This document shows, piece after piece, positions 23,401 through 36,135 of a stretch of DNA of 64,000 nt. The stretch's first letter is position 1. The number at the start of each line of letters is the position of its first letter. A program made the position numbers and the translations under genes. Origin of the DNA: Leptogorgia sarmentosa (Eukaryota); NCBI GenBank assembly GCA_964658305.1, contig OZ210886.1, forward strand, positions 434,001-498,000, in the 5' to 3' direction. The notes under the pieces were generated by a model, which saw only the letters and a program-made list of their open reading frames with translations, had not been told where the DNA came from and searched no databases.

Positions 23401-26121
23401 TAGCTGTAATGTTTCTCCTAGAGTTTGCTATAGTGCGGATGAATAGACACTCTCTAGATCTGGCGTTTATAATTTCAAATTTCGAGATTTCTATGCCGGA
23501 GGTCAACTATCATCTCGGAAGACGAATCTCAGAAGGCATTTTCTTTAACGAAATTCACATGTTTTTGCCACTCGCTATATCGATCGAGCAATAGAGTGGA
23601 ATAGCCAATCAAACTGCAGCATTTTCACTAGTATACAAGTATGATTCTACTAATATAATTTTTTATTTTATACGATACATCCTACGTACTTCCTGTTTCA
23701 ACTGTCGAACATGTTTCGTCACGTTAGCGTCAACTTCATTGTTCTTGTAACCCTGAATATAGAATTCTTCTTTAAATACTTTTTAAATCATGCATTAAAA
23801 TGTAAGGTAGTTTCCTTTAGAAACTTTAGTGTCAAATACAGCTCAGATTGCATGTATGTAAATGTTTAGGACTTACTCTTGGAGCGCCACCTCCAGGTTT
23901 TCCCCAAGGATTGTAACTCGTAAGCATTTCAAAATCCTTTCAAGAAAGTTTGAAAAGAATGTTATGTAGGCTTAAATACATTTTTTAACTTTTGAACTCT
24001 AACATCGCATTAATTTAGGTCGATATCGACCTTTTTCTATATTGGACATATCTCTCTGTATTTTACGCAAATACTCGTTGAAAAAACATCCGTAAAGAAA
24101 GCCAGCAAACCAGCAAACCTGTGTGTTTATCTGTGGTTAAAACTGTTTATTGAACGAGATACACAAAAGGATATTAAAGTGTATTTGTACAACCCCCTTT
24201 TTAATAAAATGTCTGGATAATTCGCGCTCTTGGTTAGGGATTTACCTTCTTTTTTTCTTCAACTATTTGCGATTGTTGACGTGTCTTTTGCTCGTAATAT
24301 TTGCTTAAATATGTATCTAAACAAAATATGTGAAACTATATGCAGAAAAATGTACCTTTAAATGTGATCTACGCGTTCACGGGCATCTATAGGCCGCGTT
24401 CCACTAACTTAAAACTAAGTTTGAAAAAAATCAGCCAAATTGGCTTAATATTTTCCGATGATAAGTTGAACATATATACCTTGTTCAACAGCAAGTTTAC
24501 GATGTCGTACTCGTTGTCCATCTCTAGGTGATAAAATAGAGAATATGTCAAACTTTAATAATGTACACCGACCTGTCATTGCTGATAGCGGGTGTTATAT
24601 AACAAGTTGTAGATTCCTTGAAGTTGCCTAAGATATGTATCTAGTATTTTCATGCAAAGAAATCGTGGATAGGTTACTCCAATACACCACGTCAAAAAAA
24701 TCGTTGCAATGACTTATCGGTGTGAATAGGTTGCAAACGCGTTCACTGGTTTTTCCTTTTGGATATTTATAAATTTGGGAATTACAATGGTCCCTACTTC
24801 TATCCTAATTAAAGACTACGTGTAGCTGGCAGTGGAAATTTTATGTCAAATAATTCTCATAAATTACACTGGTATTGCGTCTAGTATTTATTTATGCTTA
24901 CGTGAGATCACCTAGCAGCAAATCATGATTGAGACGTCTTGTAGGGTTTTTATTTTCATATCTTCTCACAGCACTTGATCCGTACAAAAATCCATTATCT
25001 TCATTTTCTTTTCTTCGTCGTTGTGGTAAATCTCTTTCAAAATTTTCAGCGCCATAAATCATTGTGTTGGTTGTCGCTCCCCCTGGCACCTATAGGGGGA
25101 ATATTTCCAACTATTAGACAAGGAAAAGCATGATACGATTCATGCAATGTAGCTACACTAGGTAGGCCGTTGTCAATTTGTGCCTACCTTCCCTCTTATA
25201 AAGTGCTGTGTTTTATGATGATCCATATTATTGTTCATATTCTTCACTCCAGAATCAGTTTCAAATGCTTTTCTGTGGTGGCTCATGACATAATGGCGTT
25301 GTCCAGCCAGGTTGTTCTGCGCTGCTGATGTGTATATCCCTGTGTCGTTTTTTGGAGGATCTCTCGGATAGGCTGGTGTGAAATAACACAAAAATCGCTG
25401 GTAAACATTTAATTTGCTGCTGCAATCTAGGCGAATACTGTATACGTAGCTATAATTTATCTAATCATATTCGTTATGTTTTATTAACAGTAGACATTTG
25501 CAAACGGATGATACGACTAGCTTCATAAACGATACTTCTCTAGAAAATATATATACGTAGACAGCAATTAATCGGACTTGAATGTGTACTATTTGGGCAT
25601 GGCTGTTTATGCAAAATAGTCTAAATGGTGGCGCAACCTAATGGGATTGCAACTGGGATTACCGATCATGTCGTATGAAGGAGCATCAGTTGCAGTAAAA
25701 TCTGCTAATTTCTATGAGTGGTAACCTCCGATCTAACTGTATTGAAAGCTGTAATTAGTCATGATTCACAAGATAATCACGTTACTTGTTTCAGCAACGA
25801 AAATGAGCCAGTCCGTTATGTAAAGTAAATATTGTCGTGACCGGAATACAAATTTCTTCACCTCCATATGAAGTTATAAATTGTTACTTGAATCTAACAA
25901 AGATTAGAGAGAAGGCCCTGCGTACGCTAACGGAACTCGCTACCATTCTGGGAACGAGATTGTAATGCCACAGCAATTTCATCGACTATACATCTTCCGG
26001 AATCTTTGTTCAACTTCCTGCCATATTACTGCAAAATAACTTCAACTGACATACTGTATGCTCTTCTTTTTTGTGGTGTTGGCGGTACTTGCTTCAATAT
26101 TAAATCCATTGCCGCGGACAT
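20414..26121 (-). CDS. CSPP1/CCDC66-related coiled-coil protein with repeated WGxxGxGAP-type motifs (many small exons)
   Basis: In-frame spliced path from MSAAMDLILKQVPPTP (ATG 26121) to ELVPTERSIFR-stop (20414); several but not all junctions were checked. Motifs YNPWGKPGGGAP (~23900), YDPWGKGYGGLP (~22360), YNPWGRPGAGAPLKDERGNV (~21950), DVWGRPGCGAP (~20640). N-terminus may extend to an exon ending at 26648. Confidence 0.7.
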
Positions 26122-26160
26122 CACCTTGTCGACTACGTATACTGGTATATGTACAACGTG

Positions 26161-26173
26161 GTGACTAAGCAAC
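26161..26173. promoter_or_regulatory. RFX X-box-like motif upstream of the CSPP1-like gene
   Basis: GTGACTAAGCAAC, 40 bp upstream of the ATG at 26121. Confidence 0.45.
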
Positions 26174-28611
26174 GCAACTTATCTAATCACAACTTCTCAG
26201 AGTCAAACATCATTGAAAGATTGCAAGATTACAACTTTCACGAGATTTACAGTTTATTTGCTCAGGTATATATTTTAAATAAGCTCAACACGGCGTGCTA
26301 AACAATGTCTATCCTATATAAATATATAGCGGCTAAAAACCGCACTGATGCATTATATATAATCAGTACTCAAAGATTCCGCCATTAAAAATTAAAAACA
26401 TTTAACAGGAGTGTCTGCTTTGAGAAAATTGAAGTCGCACATATTTGCGCTGGGTATTGTATTGATGCTAACTACCCGCTACTTGTCTCTGGCTAAAGTT
26501 AATTAATCTGCTCTCAACACAATGTTTGCCCTGACTCCGCTCGACATTGGTGATAATTTATAAACAAACAAAGTTTTAAGCCTAAACAAAATTGAAAATC
26601 CTCCTGTTTTCACATCAAATCAATGACAGACTAAATAATAGGCTTACCTGTGGCACTGAGAGAATTTTCAAACGCTGATCAGTCATTGTTTGAGTGAAAC
26701 ACGCAGTATTTCATTTGTACTCAGCAATGATGGTTCAACAGAAGTCATTACCATGCCAACGGGATTAAATTTCAATATCACATTTTGTGAACATAGTGTA
26801 AGTGTAACGTTCACATTAACCGTAAATTTTACGCAGTATTTTGGAAGACATCCTTCAGAATATCAGAACGCTATCATTTTAATATTCTGCAATGAGCACC
26901 GATCTGTGTGAACAGAGATATCGTCGTACTTCAGCAGTTTGGTTGCAGAAGTTGAAATTTGCATGGCATGCATGTACAAAATTAAAAATACCATTAAAAA
27001 TAAATGACATTGAAATTGTATTCTTTTTGTTTAAGATTTTTCACTGTAACTAAAAATTAATCTGCATGCTGTATAGTTGAGAAACGCAGGCAATTTATAC
27101 AACCCAGGCCAGCTGGTCATGGGGTATAGATACATGGAAATGGAATATATTTTTAGGTACAGTTATAGGCAACTAGCAAGTCACAGTTCATGGTGTTATA
27201 TTCTCAAACGTGAAAGAGACAGTCCTCAAAAGTAGCGAATAAATCAAAAAGGCTAGTTGGTTCACGCTTATAGCAAAGTTGTTGGTGAAAAATTGTGGAG
27301 ACGCGAATAAAGTACATGACTGATAATTTTGGTGCAGACTGTACCTGTTCCATAAAAGACGTTAAACACTGGATCCACAGATCTTCTACTGACAGGAACA
27401 TATTGCAATGGTCGATGTCGCACGTATTTAAAGATTGGTTTTGACCATTCCTTTAATCCAAGAAACAAACAGTTTACATAATGAACAATATATATAATGC
27501 ATATATACTATATATAGTACTTCTTGCGTTTTCTGAAATGAAAGTCTCAGCAGAGTACAGTGTAGAAGGCCGGGTTCACAATCAAATAACTAAAACACAA
27601 CTAGTACAAACGTAGCGACGTCAAGTAGAAAACCCAGGACTGCGAGGAGGCTGTACGCCTGTAGCCAAAAAATCACTGAAAACATTCACCATCACAACAC
27701 GCCATAAAAAACAATCACACGAAGCCAAAAACCTGTATTACTGGGTTACTGTGAAAATACCCAAATAACACTGGACACACATGAATGTCTAATTGAAAAA
27801 CGATATTGAAAACTAAAGCTATACGTGCAATGAATTTGTTGTATAATTTTCAATACCGGTTCATATTTAGAACTCTGGAATAACCAGACATCTGACGGAG
27901 ATGGTTGATGACAGCATCGCATGCTCTTGCCAGTGAAGTGATCTCATGCTACCAAAGCCTGATTGTGTGACGTCTTAAATTACGCGCAAAGCAGCAGGTC
28001 GAAAGACGAGCGAAAGTAATTAATTGGCGTGACTCACTGAGCGCAGAGCTGCAGAGTAATTACATACTGAGGTCTAACTGATGTATCTACTTTTTTAGTT
28101 ACTAGATTCATGCATCTGATTGGATGATGACCTGATGACGACTAACTTTAAACTTGCCGAGCATGCAGCGAAAAAAAAGTGGGTACATGAAAATATCGCA
28201 TTTCAATACTGAGTTAGATCTCTGTATGATGTATACTCTGTGGCGGAGCTGCAGCTGCATGTATGGTGTTCATACCTGTCATCTAGGACAGGCAAGAAAT
28301 AACGAGGGAAAGGTTTTGGAGGGGGTCTCACTTTAAGTTGTAAAATGTCAGTATGCATTTTTAATGAATGAAAATACTTATCGTATACAATTAACAGAAA
28401 TATATGAATTATTGAACAGTGACCATGCATGCTAGTCGTATAACATCCTGGACTTTCACTGATCTTTTTCGAGTATTTACAACGGCGAGAAACCGATTAT
28501 TGGTGTATAAAAAATTTCTCCCTTATATATGCAATAACACCTTGGTAGCATGGCAATATAAAAAAAAGACCCATGCAGAAAAGATTAGGCCAGACCTCAA
28601 TGAAAGATGCT

Positions 28612-31159
28612 CTATAACAAGGCCTCAATATGTTCGCGTGTGGGTGATGCAGCTCTCGAGGAAACCCGTGATGAAGATCTGGAGCGAGACGACGTATGTT
28701 GTGTAACATAGGTTGAAGGATGTTGCCGACTTAAGCTTGGTGTCTTGGGCATTTTATAACTGGGAGTTCTGAATAATGTTCTGCCACTGGGAGAGTGAGG
28801 CGACATTGTGCTACATGTACTCGAAGAACAATTAAAATTCTGGAAAGAATTCACTTGATTTGAAGATGGTAAAGACTTTTTCGGGGAATCTTTTTTCGAT
28901 AACCTCCTCGCCATTTCTTGAAATTCTTTTGGTAATCTTTCATAGTTTAGGGGAAGATTCTTCGTGTTTTCTTGTGGCTTTTCCTCTTCCTACAATAAGA
29001 AAAGAGTATAGCGTTGGTCTTTTTAAGGTGCAAGTAAATCATACAAACTTCTTACCTCTACGCAGCCTTCAATACATTCGCTTTCCAACTGTTCAAATGT
29101 TTCCAAACTATTATGTCGTGTACTGCATGGTGTTTTAAAGAAATGAAGTTCTGAAATCGGAGATTCTGGGTAGAATTCTGCATCCTTATTTCGTTTTGGT
29201 TCACTCAACATTTTCTCTGTGGTCATTTCTAGTTCCTCAAATAAATCAGTATTATCGAACATTGTAGTTGTGTCGATATTTAACATAGACAGAAAGTTTT
29301 CTTGTGGTTTAACACTTCTTTGATTATTTGCAGCACAGGGTAAGGAATTTTCCTCACAAAATCTTGACACGTCGCTGTTTGATTCCTTCTTTGGTATTAA
29401 ATTCTTTGATGTTTTTCTCCTCTCCGTAGCCTTTTTTAATCCATCTTTTGATTCTTTTTTATTTTCGGTTTTCTTAAGTAAAGGAGGAGTCATGTTATTA
29501 ACAATCTTTTTTCTCTTTAAGGATGGGTGGTCGTTTGATGAAATGGCTTTAACCGCGACGTTACTTTCAGTGCTGCTTTGAATTGTCTTTGGTTGTCGAG
29601 GTTTTAAATTTGTCATTTTGTTTTTGGTTTTATTTTGATCACGTTTCACGGACATCGTTTCTTGGTTTCCTCTACTTTTCACTGACTTCATTCCTTCGTT
29701 TTCTCCACTTTTATTTTCCACTGACTTCATTCCTTTACTCTTGTCATGTACTGGCTCCAGTGCTTTGTTTTCCAACTGTTTCCCATTCCTTTTTGTCTTC
29801 ACTAAAGGACTGTGGTAATCAAACATTTGTTCGTGGCTTTTTGACAAAATATTTTGTTTTACGGCAGGCTGATTATTTGATTTGCTAATTATATGAACCT
29901 CCAAATTTTCCGCTACGTTTTCCGGTGACGAATCTCCAACGAAATTCTGAGACCAACTTGCAATTTTATGTTCATTGTTTTTTACCTTATCCATAATTTC
30001 TTTATCCTTAGCTCTTTCTTTATTATCCCCCAATCCATGTTTTGGCATCTCTTTGACCAAAGACTTTGAGTTAATATTTAACATAAACTCAGGCTGGTAA
30101 ATTGAACTGTAATCATCGAAAGATAACTCAGGCTCCTCTGAAATGGTGTTTACAGCGGGTACGACTTTCTCTTGAGCTTTGTGAGCGTATCGCAGCGCCT
30201 CTGGTTCAGAATCATTATCACTATGAGACGATTTTCTCAATCGTTGTCGCTGATTCTTGGTAGAATATACGTGGTTTTCCATTTCAAAGTCCTGCTGAAG
30301 ATGCTCTTTATAGAATTTCAAATTCCCTCCCATGGAATATTCAAAGTATGTTGGGCAGTCCAAGGATTCTTCCTTTTGACTATGCGAACGAGAGTGAACG
30401 GGAGGATTCTCAAATTGATCTGATTCTTGGATTCGAATTTCCTGGACATCCTGAAGAATTGTGGCGCTAAAACTATCCGAGTCAATATTTAAGATCTGCT
30501 TCATAGTAGAATTCCTAAACAAAAAAAACACATCGTTTTGCTTCTGTTGGGTGCACAAGCATTTTTTTCATTTCTTTCTGTTTCCATACACCAAAAGTGT
30601 TTCAAAAAACTCTCAGTTTTATACGTATAGCGAAGTATCCGCTCAGATCTAATAAAACACTTGGCTACCTTGGATCAGTTGGATGAAAACTGCAGGTATT
30701 CTTGATCTTTTCCTTTTCAAAATTACGAAAGCTAAAAGGAATATAAAACAAAATATTATGATACATAAGCTTTTCCAGAAATTTCATTTGTTGTACGTAT
30801 TCGTTTTCCCTTTCTTTAGCCCAAGATGGCTAAGACCTGAGTGATTAATAATGATAGCAAAATATTCAAGATATCCAAGGTTGAAGAACTGAAGACCTCG
30901 CTATAATGGAATACCAATGTCTCAAACAACTAAACCAAATATTGAAGTGTTTCCAAGCGAAGGCAAATATTCAAAGCATCAAAATTTGAAGATTTACTAC
31001 TGATGTAATTGATCTATGATAATGTAGCCCGGGGTTTGTGTATTTACAAACAGATCGATTATATAGGTGCAGACTAATTGTGCATGGAATATAAGAAGGA
31101 TTACCTCATCAGACACATTAATTTCTTATCTCTTACCTAATAGAACTCCACACGCCCAT
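28612..31159 (-). CDS. Uncharacterised large (~640 aa) K/S/E/N-rich disordered protein with possible N-myristoylation signal
   Basis: Exons approximately 31137-31159, 30669-30732, 29056-30514, 28612-28991 splice in frame: MGVWSSISFRNFEKEKIKNTCSFHPTDPRNSTMKQIL...SLETFEQLESECIEGCVE|EEEKPQ...EHIEALL-stop. The 1.46 kb open exon is very unlikely by chance in AT-rich DNA. Confidence 0.8.
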
Positions 31160-31988
31160 CTTGTAATAAATTTACTTTTCTTCCAATTTTAGCCTTTACA
31201 GCGAATTTACATTTCAAAAGCAGAGAACAATAACAGGTATAGACAATGCCACGATACTTAGCAAACTTCCATTGATTGTGTTGACGTCTACAAGTGTACT
31301 TGAATTATTCACCTGACCAATCTCAAAAAAGTTTCCCGCAGAAAATGTGTCGCTGTAACAAGCCTTCTTATTAAGGTGACTTTAACGGAAGAATAACTTT
31401 AAGCAATGAAGGACAGTGAACAATATTCATTCATGCAAGTAAAGGTTTTTGTTTTGTGACTCTATGACTTCCACCTGTTGTAGAGTCTTACAAACAATAG
31501 CTCAACAGGTGTTTCAACATTTACCAGAGTAAAGTATTAGTGAATAGCTAGTGCACTACAGCCACTACTGTATACTGATGCATGTATAAGTACAGTACAT
31601 GCATGTAGTACGTAGTTTGCTGGTGACATAGGTGTAAGTAGGTCATTTTAAAGTATGGTTTTTAGATTTATAGGTTTAGTATCCGTGTTCTCAATTATTG
31701 TTTAAATGATTGAATAGATATGTAAAGGCTCCGTTCACAGATAAGTCATTAATATTTTCCGCGAGTCCTGAGCGAAGATTTTTTTGCCAAATATAGGTGA
31801 ATTTGCCTTCCCCTTGCATACTATTGGTATCGGATATCGATCTACCTTTGGCAAGTGCATTTATGTTATGAACAATATATTTCTTTAAGAAAATCCATGA
31901 ACATTATAGGTTTAAAAATCTTTCATTGTCTATTATATTAATCTACATAATTTTACAAGTAAGCAGTCAAATCAAATTAAATACACCG

Positions 31989-32712
31989 CTATTCCTGAAC
32001 TCCAGTGGACAAATTTTGCAGCCAAGTAACTAGACTATCATATCGCGATATATAAGGCGGGATTATGTTGGTAGGAGCTACATCACCTCCATCTGCTACT
32101 GGCTCAGGTGACCACTGAGAGTCTTGTGAGATAGTAGAAAATGTCATGTTTGAATACAGAGCAGGTACAGGTGGGGGAAGTTCAGTAAGGTTTTGATAGA
32201 TATGCGAAGCATCAGACAGTCTCCCAGTTGTAGTAATATCCTGAGTAATATCCTGATAAATTGCCTCCGAATTTTGCTCGCTCATGCGCGGTGATAAAGC
32301 TTTTTCAACGGGCGCTGACTGTTTACGACGTGTTAATATTTTTCTCTTTTGATGACGATTTCTCCATTTCAAAAATCTGAAATTTGAAAAGGATTTTATT
32401 GCATCAGTCATTACGAGGGGGTGGGCAGGAATGCGACATCTCGAAAGGCAAAAAGCAAGGATCATAAAGACACAATTGGTATAGGAAAACTAATTTATTT
32501 GGAATGAAAGGAAATCAAACACTAAATGAGATAGAAAATAAGTGAAATCGTGCAGGAGTCATAGTAAAGTTGATATTTTAAAATTACCTTTTATAAATAC
32601 AAAAGCCACTCAAAAGTATAAACAGCGTTCCAAGACTCCCTGCAATGGCTCCAAATATGGCGCAATTCGGAGAATCCTTAAAATTGACTTCCTCGAAACT
32701 TGGAACCGACAT
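31989..32712 (-). CDS. Small single-pass membrane protein with tyrosine-motif-rich tail (transmembrane-adaptor-like, ~170 aa)
   Basis: Exons 32588-32712 and 31989-32376: MSVPSFEEVNFKDSPNC-AIFGAIAGSLGTLFILLSGFCIY-KRFLKWRNRHQKRK...IYQDI...IYQNL...PPPVP.LYSNM...SRYDSL. Probable 5' UTR exon with donor near 32919. Confidence 0.72.
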
Positions 32713-33645
32713 CTGTTAAAAGGGAAAAGGCTGATGAAATAGTTTTAAAAGATATTTCAGTCATGTTTGAAAATACTTTTGTTTCTCGTCAGCAATCGTT
32801 TTACTCGCTAGTCGACAACTGGCCTTTTAAGTCACAATGCCTCTCTTCATGATATAGCTGCCACTACAATAACCATATTTAATTGATATAAGTCCGAAAA
32901 TTACTCAGATATGCTCACCTTGAACTAACTCTGTTCCGTATCATTAGCATACTTTCCGTAGGCTTGTTCTCATTTTTGCTCGCCAATTTACCTGAAAATT
33001 TGAAGCATGGATCACATGTTACATGCTACATTTTAGCCTTACGCTCGCGTGCGTTTTCTCAATTTCAATTCTACTATTGAGCCTATCACCTTATTATGAT
33101 GTCACATAATTGAACATTCTACTAGAAAAGTGAATTTACAGCGCGGCATTTGGAAAGCGCTGTCTCACACGAAAAACTATTCCATTTCCGGATTGGTTAC
33201 AACGGGTTTTTCATCTCAACTTTCTGTCTTATTAAAATGAGGAAAAATATCAGATGCGACAAAGCGCGTGTGCGGCAACATTTTTGCGAGGTTTCTGTTA
33301 TGCGTGCCAAAAATATTTCAAAATTTTGCCGCACATGGGAGCATTTTGCTTACGCCAATATAGGCACGGGTGACTGTCAGCTCTGGCGATATCTCTCGTG
33401 TGCGGCGACCTTTAAATACCTATCTCTATGTTACTATGTATCAATGATCAACACTGAAACTGAAACTATGCTACTTGTGTACTTGAAGTATTTATCTGGT
33501 CGGGACAAACCGCTGACAGGAAACTTTCATCCGCGGCCGCGTTCGAAAATAAAATTGTGTAAATTGACAAAATTGTGCATATTATCACACCCCTTCTAGC
33601 GAAGAAAAAACTTGAAATTATTTGTTTCCGTACAATATATTATTG

Positions 33646-35735
33646 ATGGCTTACCCAGGATATGGAGGTGTAAGTATTAAATAATTATTCAGATTGCTAT
33701 TTGTTTTAAACTTTCAGAATTTTGCCAGAAATGGCTTCTATGCATCCCTCATAGCCAGGCACAAACAGAATGTATTTATTTGATCATAAACATTCCGGCT
33801 AGTTCTTAGGTAATTTATTACTGTGCCTTGCTGACTTTTGTCCAAACTAAAAGTGCACAATAATGAAACCTTACCCAAACCCTTACTCTAAGTCTCTAAT
33901 CCTGATAGACTGAGAATGAAGCATTTTTACTTGATGATTTTGAAGTTTATTTTAGCCTAATTAATATGCAGTAGTCGATTAATGGCCAAGTATTATGTAA
34001 TTGTACATATAATTATTTTTTATCAAAAAACAATCAAGAAATTCTTCTTGTTCCCAGGCTCCTGGATATCCCGGTGGTGCTCCTGCTGATCCCTTGTATG
34101 GATATTTTGCAGCTGTTGCTGGACAGGACCAACAAATTGATGCACATGAATTACAAAGATGTTTAATGTCATCTGGAATCTCGGGAAACTATCAGCGTGA
34201 GTGTATACTAGAGAATACTAGATAAGAATAATATTGCTAAGTGATAATATGCATATAAATTTATGATTAATATACATCTATTTGTAGAATTCAGTTTAGA
34301 CACATGCAGAATTATGATTGCTATGCTCAATGTATCCTTTTCATGCAATAATTCATTGACAACTTGCAGAACATTGTATCAATTAATTGTCAGAGAATAA
34401 TTTAAACAAAGACACATGTACATCCTTAACCTTTGCTTCAAGAGAGACCGAGATGCTCGTATGGGATTCAACGAATTTAAAGAATTATGGAATGTTCTTT
34501 CCCACTGGAAGGTGAAAATAATATTTAAACAAATGCAGTGGAGCAATTGTCACTTGGCATACTAACATTACGATAGCGTTCTTGGAGTGTGGTCTAACAC
34601 ACTACCTAAGCAATAGATGGCATGCATTCATGGTGCAATTTTTGTTTTATTTTCCATATAATATTTTTAAGTTCCAAGAGATTGCAGATATGTTTTGTTC
34701 AATTTCTTTTAGACAACTTTCATGCAATATGACAGAGATCGATCAGGAACTGTAGAACCTCATGAGCTACAAGCTGCATTGACAAGTTGGGGTACATTAA
34801 AAATTATTTGTTTTTACATGAATTCTGCAGGCTCCAAGGAGAATATAATAAGTGTTGTTGATATATTAAGAAGAATAAAGTGTTGTTGAAATACTTCGCA
34901 AAATAATATTCCAGGTTACAACCTCTCTCCGACTGCTCTGCAAATCATCGTGAATCGATATTCTACCAACCATCGGATAAGTTTTGATGATTTTGTCGCC
35001 TGCGCTGTTCGTCTGCGTAGTTTAACAGGTAGGATATTAAAATTGTTTTAGCAATATGTTTGTCTCGTAAAAATCAAATCAAACATATGAGAATCGGATA
35101 ACTTCCACCGACGATTGCATTTTTTTGGTAACACGCAGTGATTTACTGATTGGTGAAAAAGCCCCCTAAAGGCCGGTTTACACTGTAGAACTTTTCACTT
35201 TTGCTTACAATTGTCGCGTGCAATGCCCTTACAACTCGAATTGTACAATGTAAATTACGCCTACAACTCGCTACGACATTTCGATACAACACGAAAGAAG
35301 TTGTAGCCTTTTGAAAGCATGCTTTAGAAGGTGACGACAATCGTAAGCGACAGTTGTAATCAAACGTTGTACAGTGTAGACCAGCCTTGAAACATACTAT
35401 CATTGTATTTTTTTATTTTTCAATAGAGCATTTCCGTCGGCGAGACACAGCGCAACAAGGTGTTGCAACATTTCAGTATGACGACGTAAGTAATAACTTC
35501 GAAACAATAACGAAAGCTTTTGAAGATCTGCCTCTGGATTTTTAACGTTGCGTAATTCAGAATGCCATTTCTTCACCTGAAAGCAGTCTGGCAAACAGGT
35601 GACATACCAACAGGGTAAATCAAGTGTTGTAGGTCGTGAAATGACCACGACCACGAGGTTATAGGCAAACGCAAAATCTCGCTAATGTAACGTTTTTCTT
35701 TTCTTTAGTTTATCCAAGTGTCAATGTTCACCTAG
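33646..35735 (+). CDS. SRI: Sorcin/grancalcin penta-EF-hand protein (8 exons)
   Basis: [44 protein letters not shown]...[10 protein letters not shown]...[18 protein letters not shown]...[17 protein letters not shown]...[26 protein letters not shown] matches recalled sorcin. Confidence 0.96.
34332..34442 (+). other. U12-type (minor spliceosome) GT-AG intron in sorcin
   Basis: 5' site GTATCCTTT, branch point TCCTTAAC at 34423-34430, AG 12 nt downstream; removal restores [15 protein letters not shown]. Confidence 0.93.
35170..35387. mobile_element. PIF/Harbinger-type MITE in a sorcin intron
   Basis: TIRs AGGCCGGTTTACACTGTA / TACAGTGTAGACCAGCCT flanked by TAA and TGA. Confidence 0.7.
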
Positions 35736-36135
35736 GGTACAGCATCACGTCGTCAGCCAAGAAAAAAGTAGAGACGTTTTTTGATTTAATAAGCCCAAAT
35801 TGTTGGAACATTGCATTTTATTACAAGATATATTGTAGTAATAAAATGATATAAACGCTAATTTAGTTCAACGTGTGACTTAATTTATAACAACGTTATT
35901 TGTAGCAATGAATGACTGTGTGAGATTCATCAATTAGAATTGTATTTTAGGTGTAACGTATAATCTTTTATTAATTAAACGTAATAATCCGCCTGTATGT
36001 TGCTTCTTGTTTGATGTCAAACGTAAACATTTCTTCTGTACAATGGAACCAAATTCATTCGTACTAATAAAAATACTGTACTGAATATTCTACAAATAAC
36101 ATCATCATTTACCTGCCGTAAACTGCCGGCACTGA

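Noticed and set aside
24165..24173. ATATCCTTT on the - strand as a U12 AT-AC donor
   Set aside because: It lies mid-intron; the flanking exons already join in frame through GT-AG sites.
33150..33599. 149-aa ORF upstream of sorcin
   Set aside because: TTG start, no recognisable motif, lies in the CpG-rich divergent promoter region.
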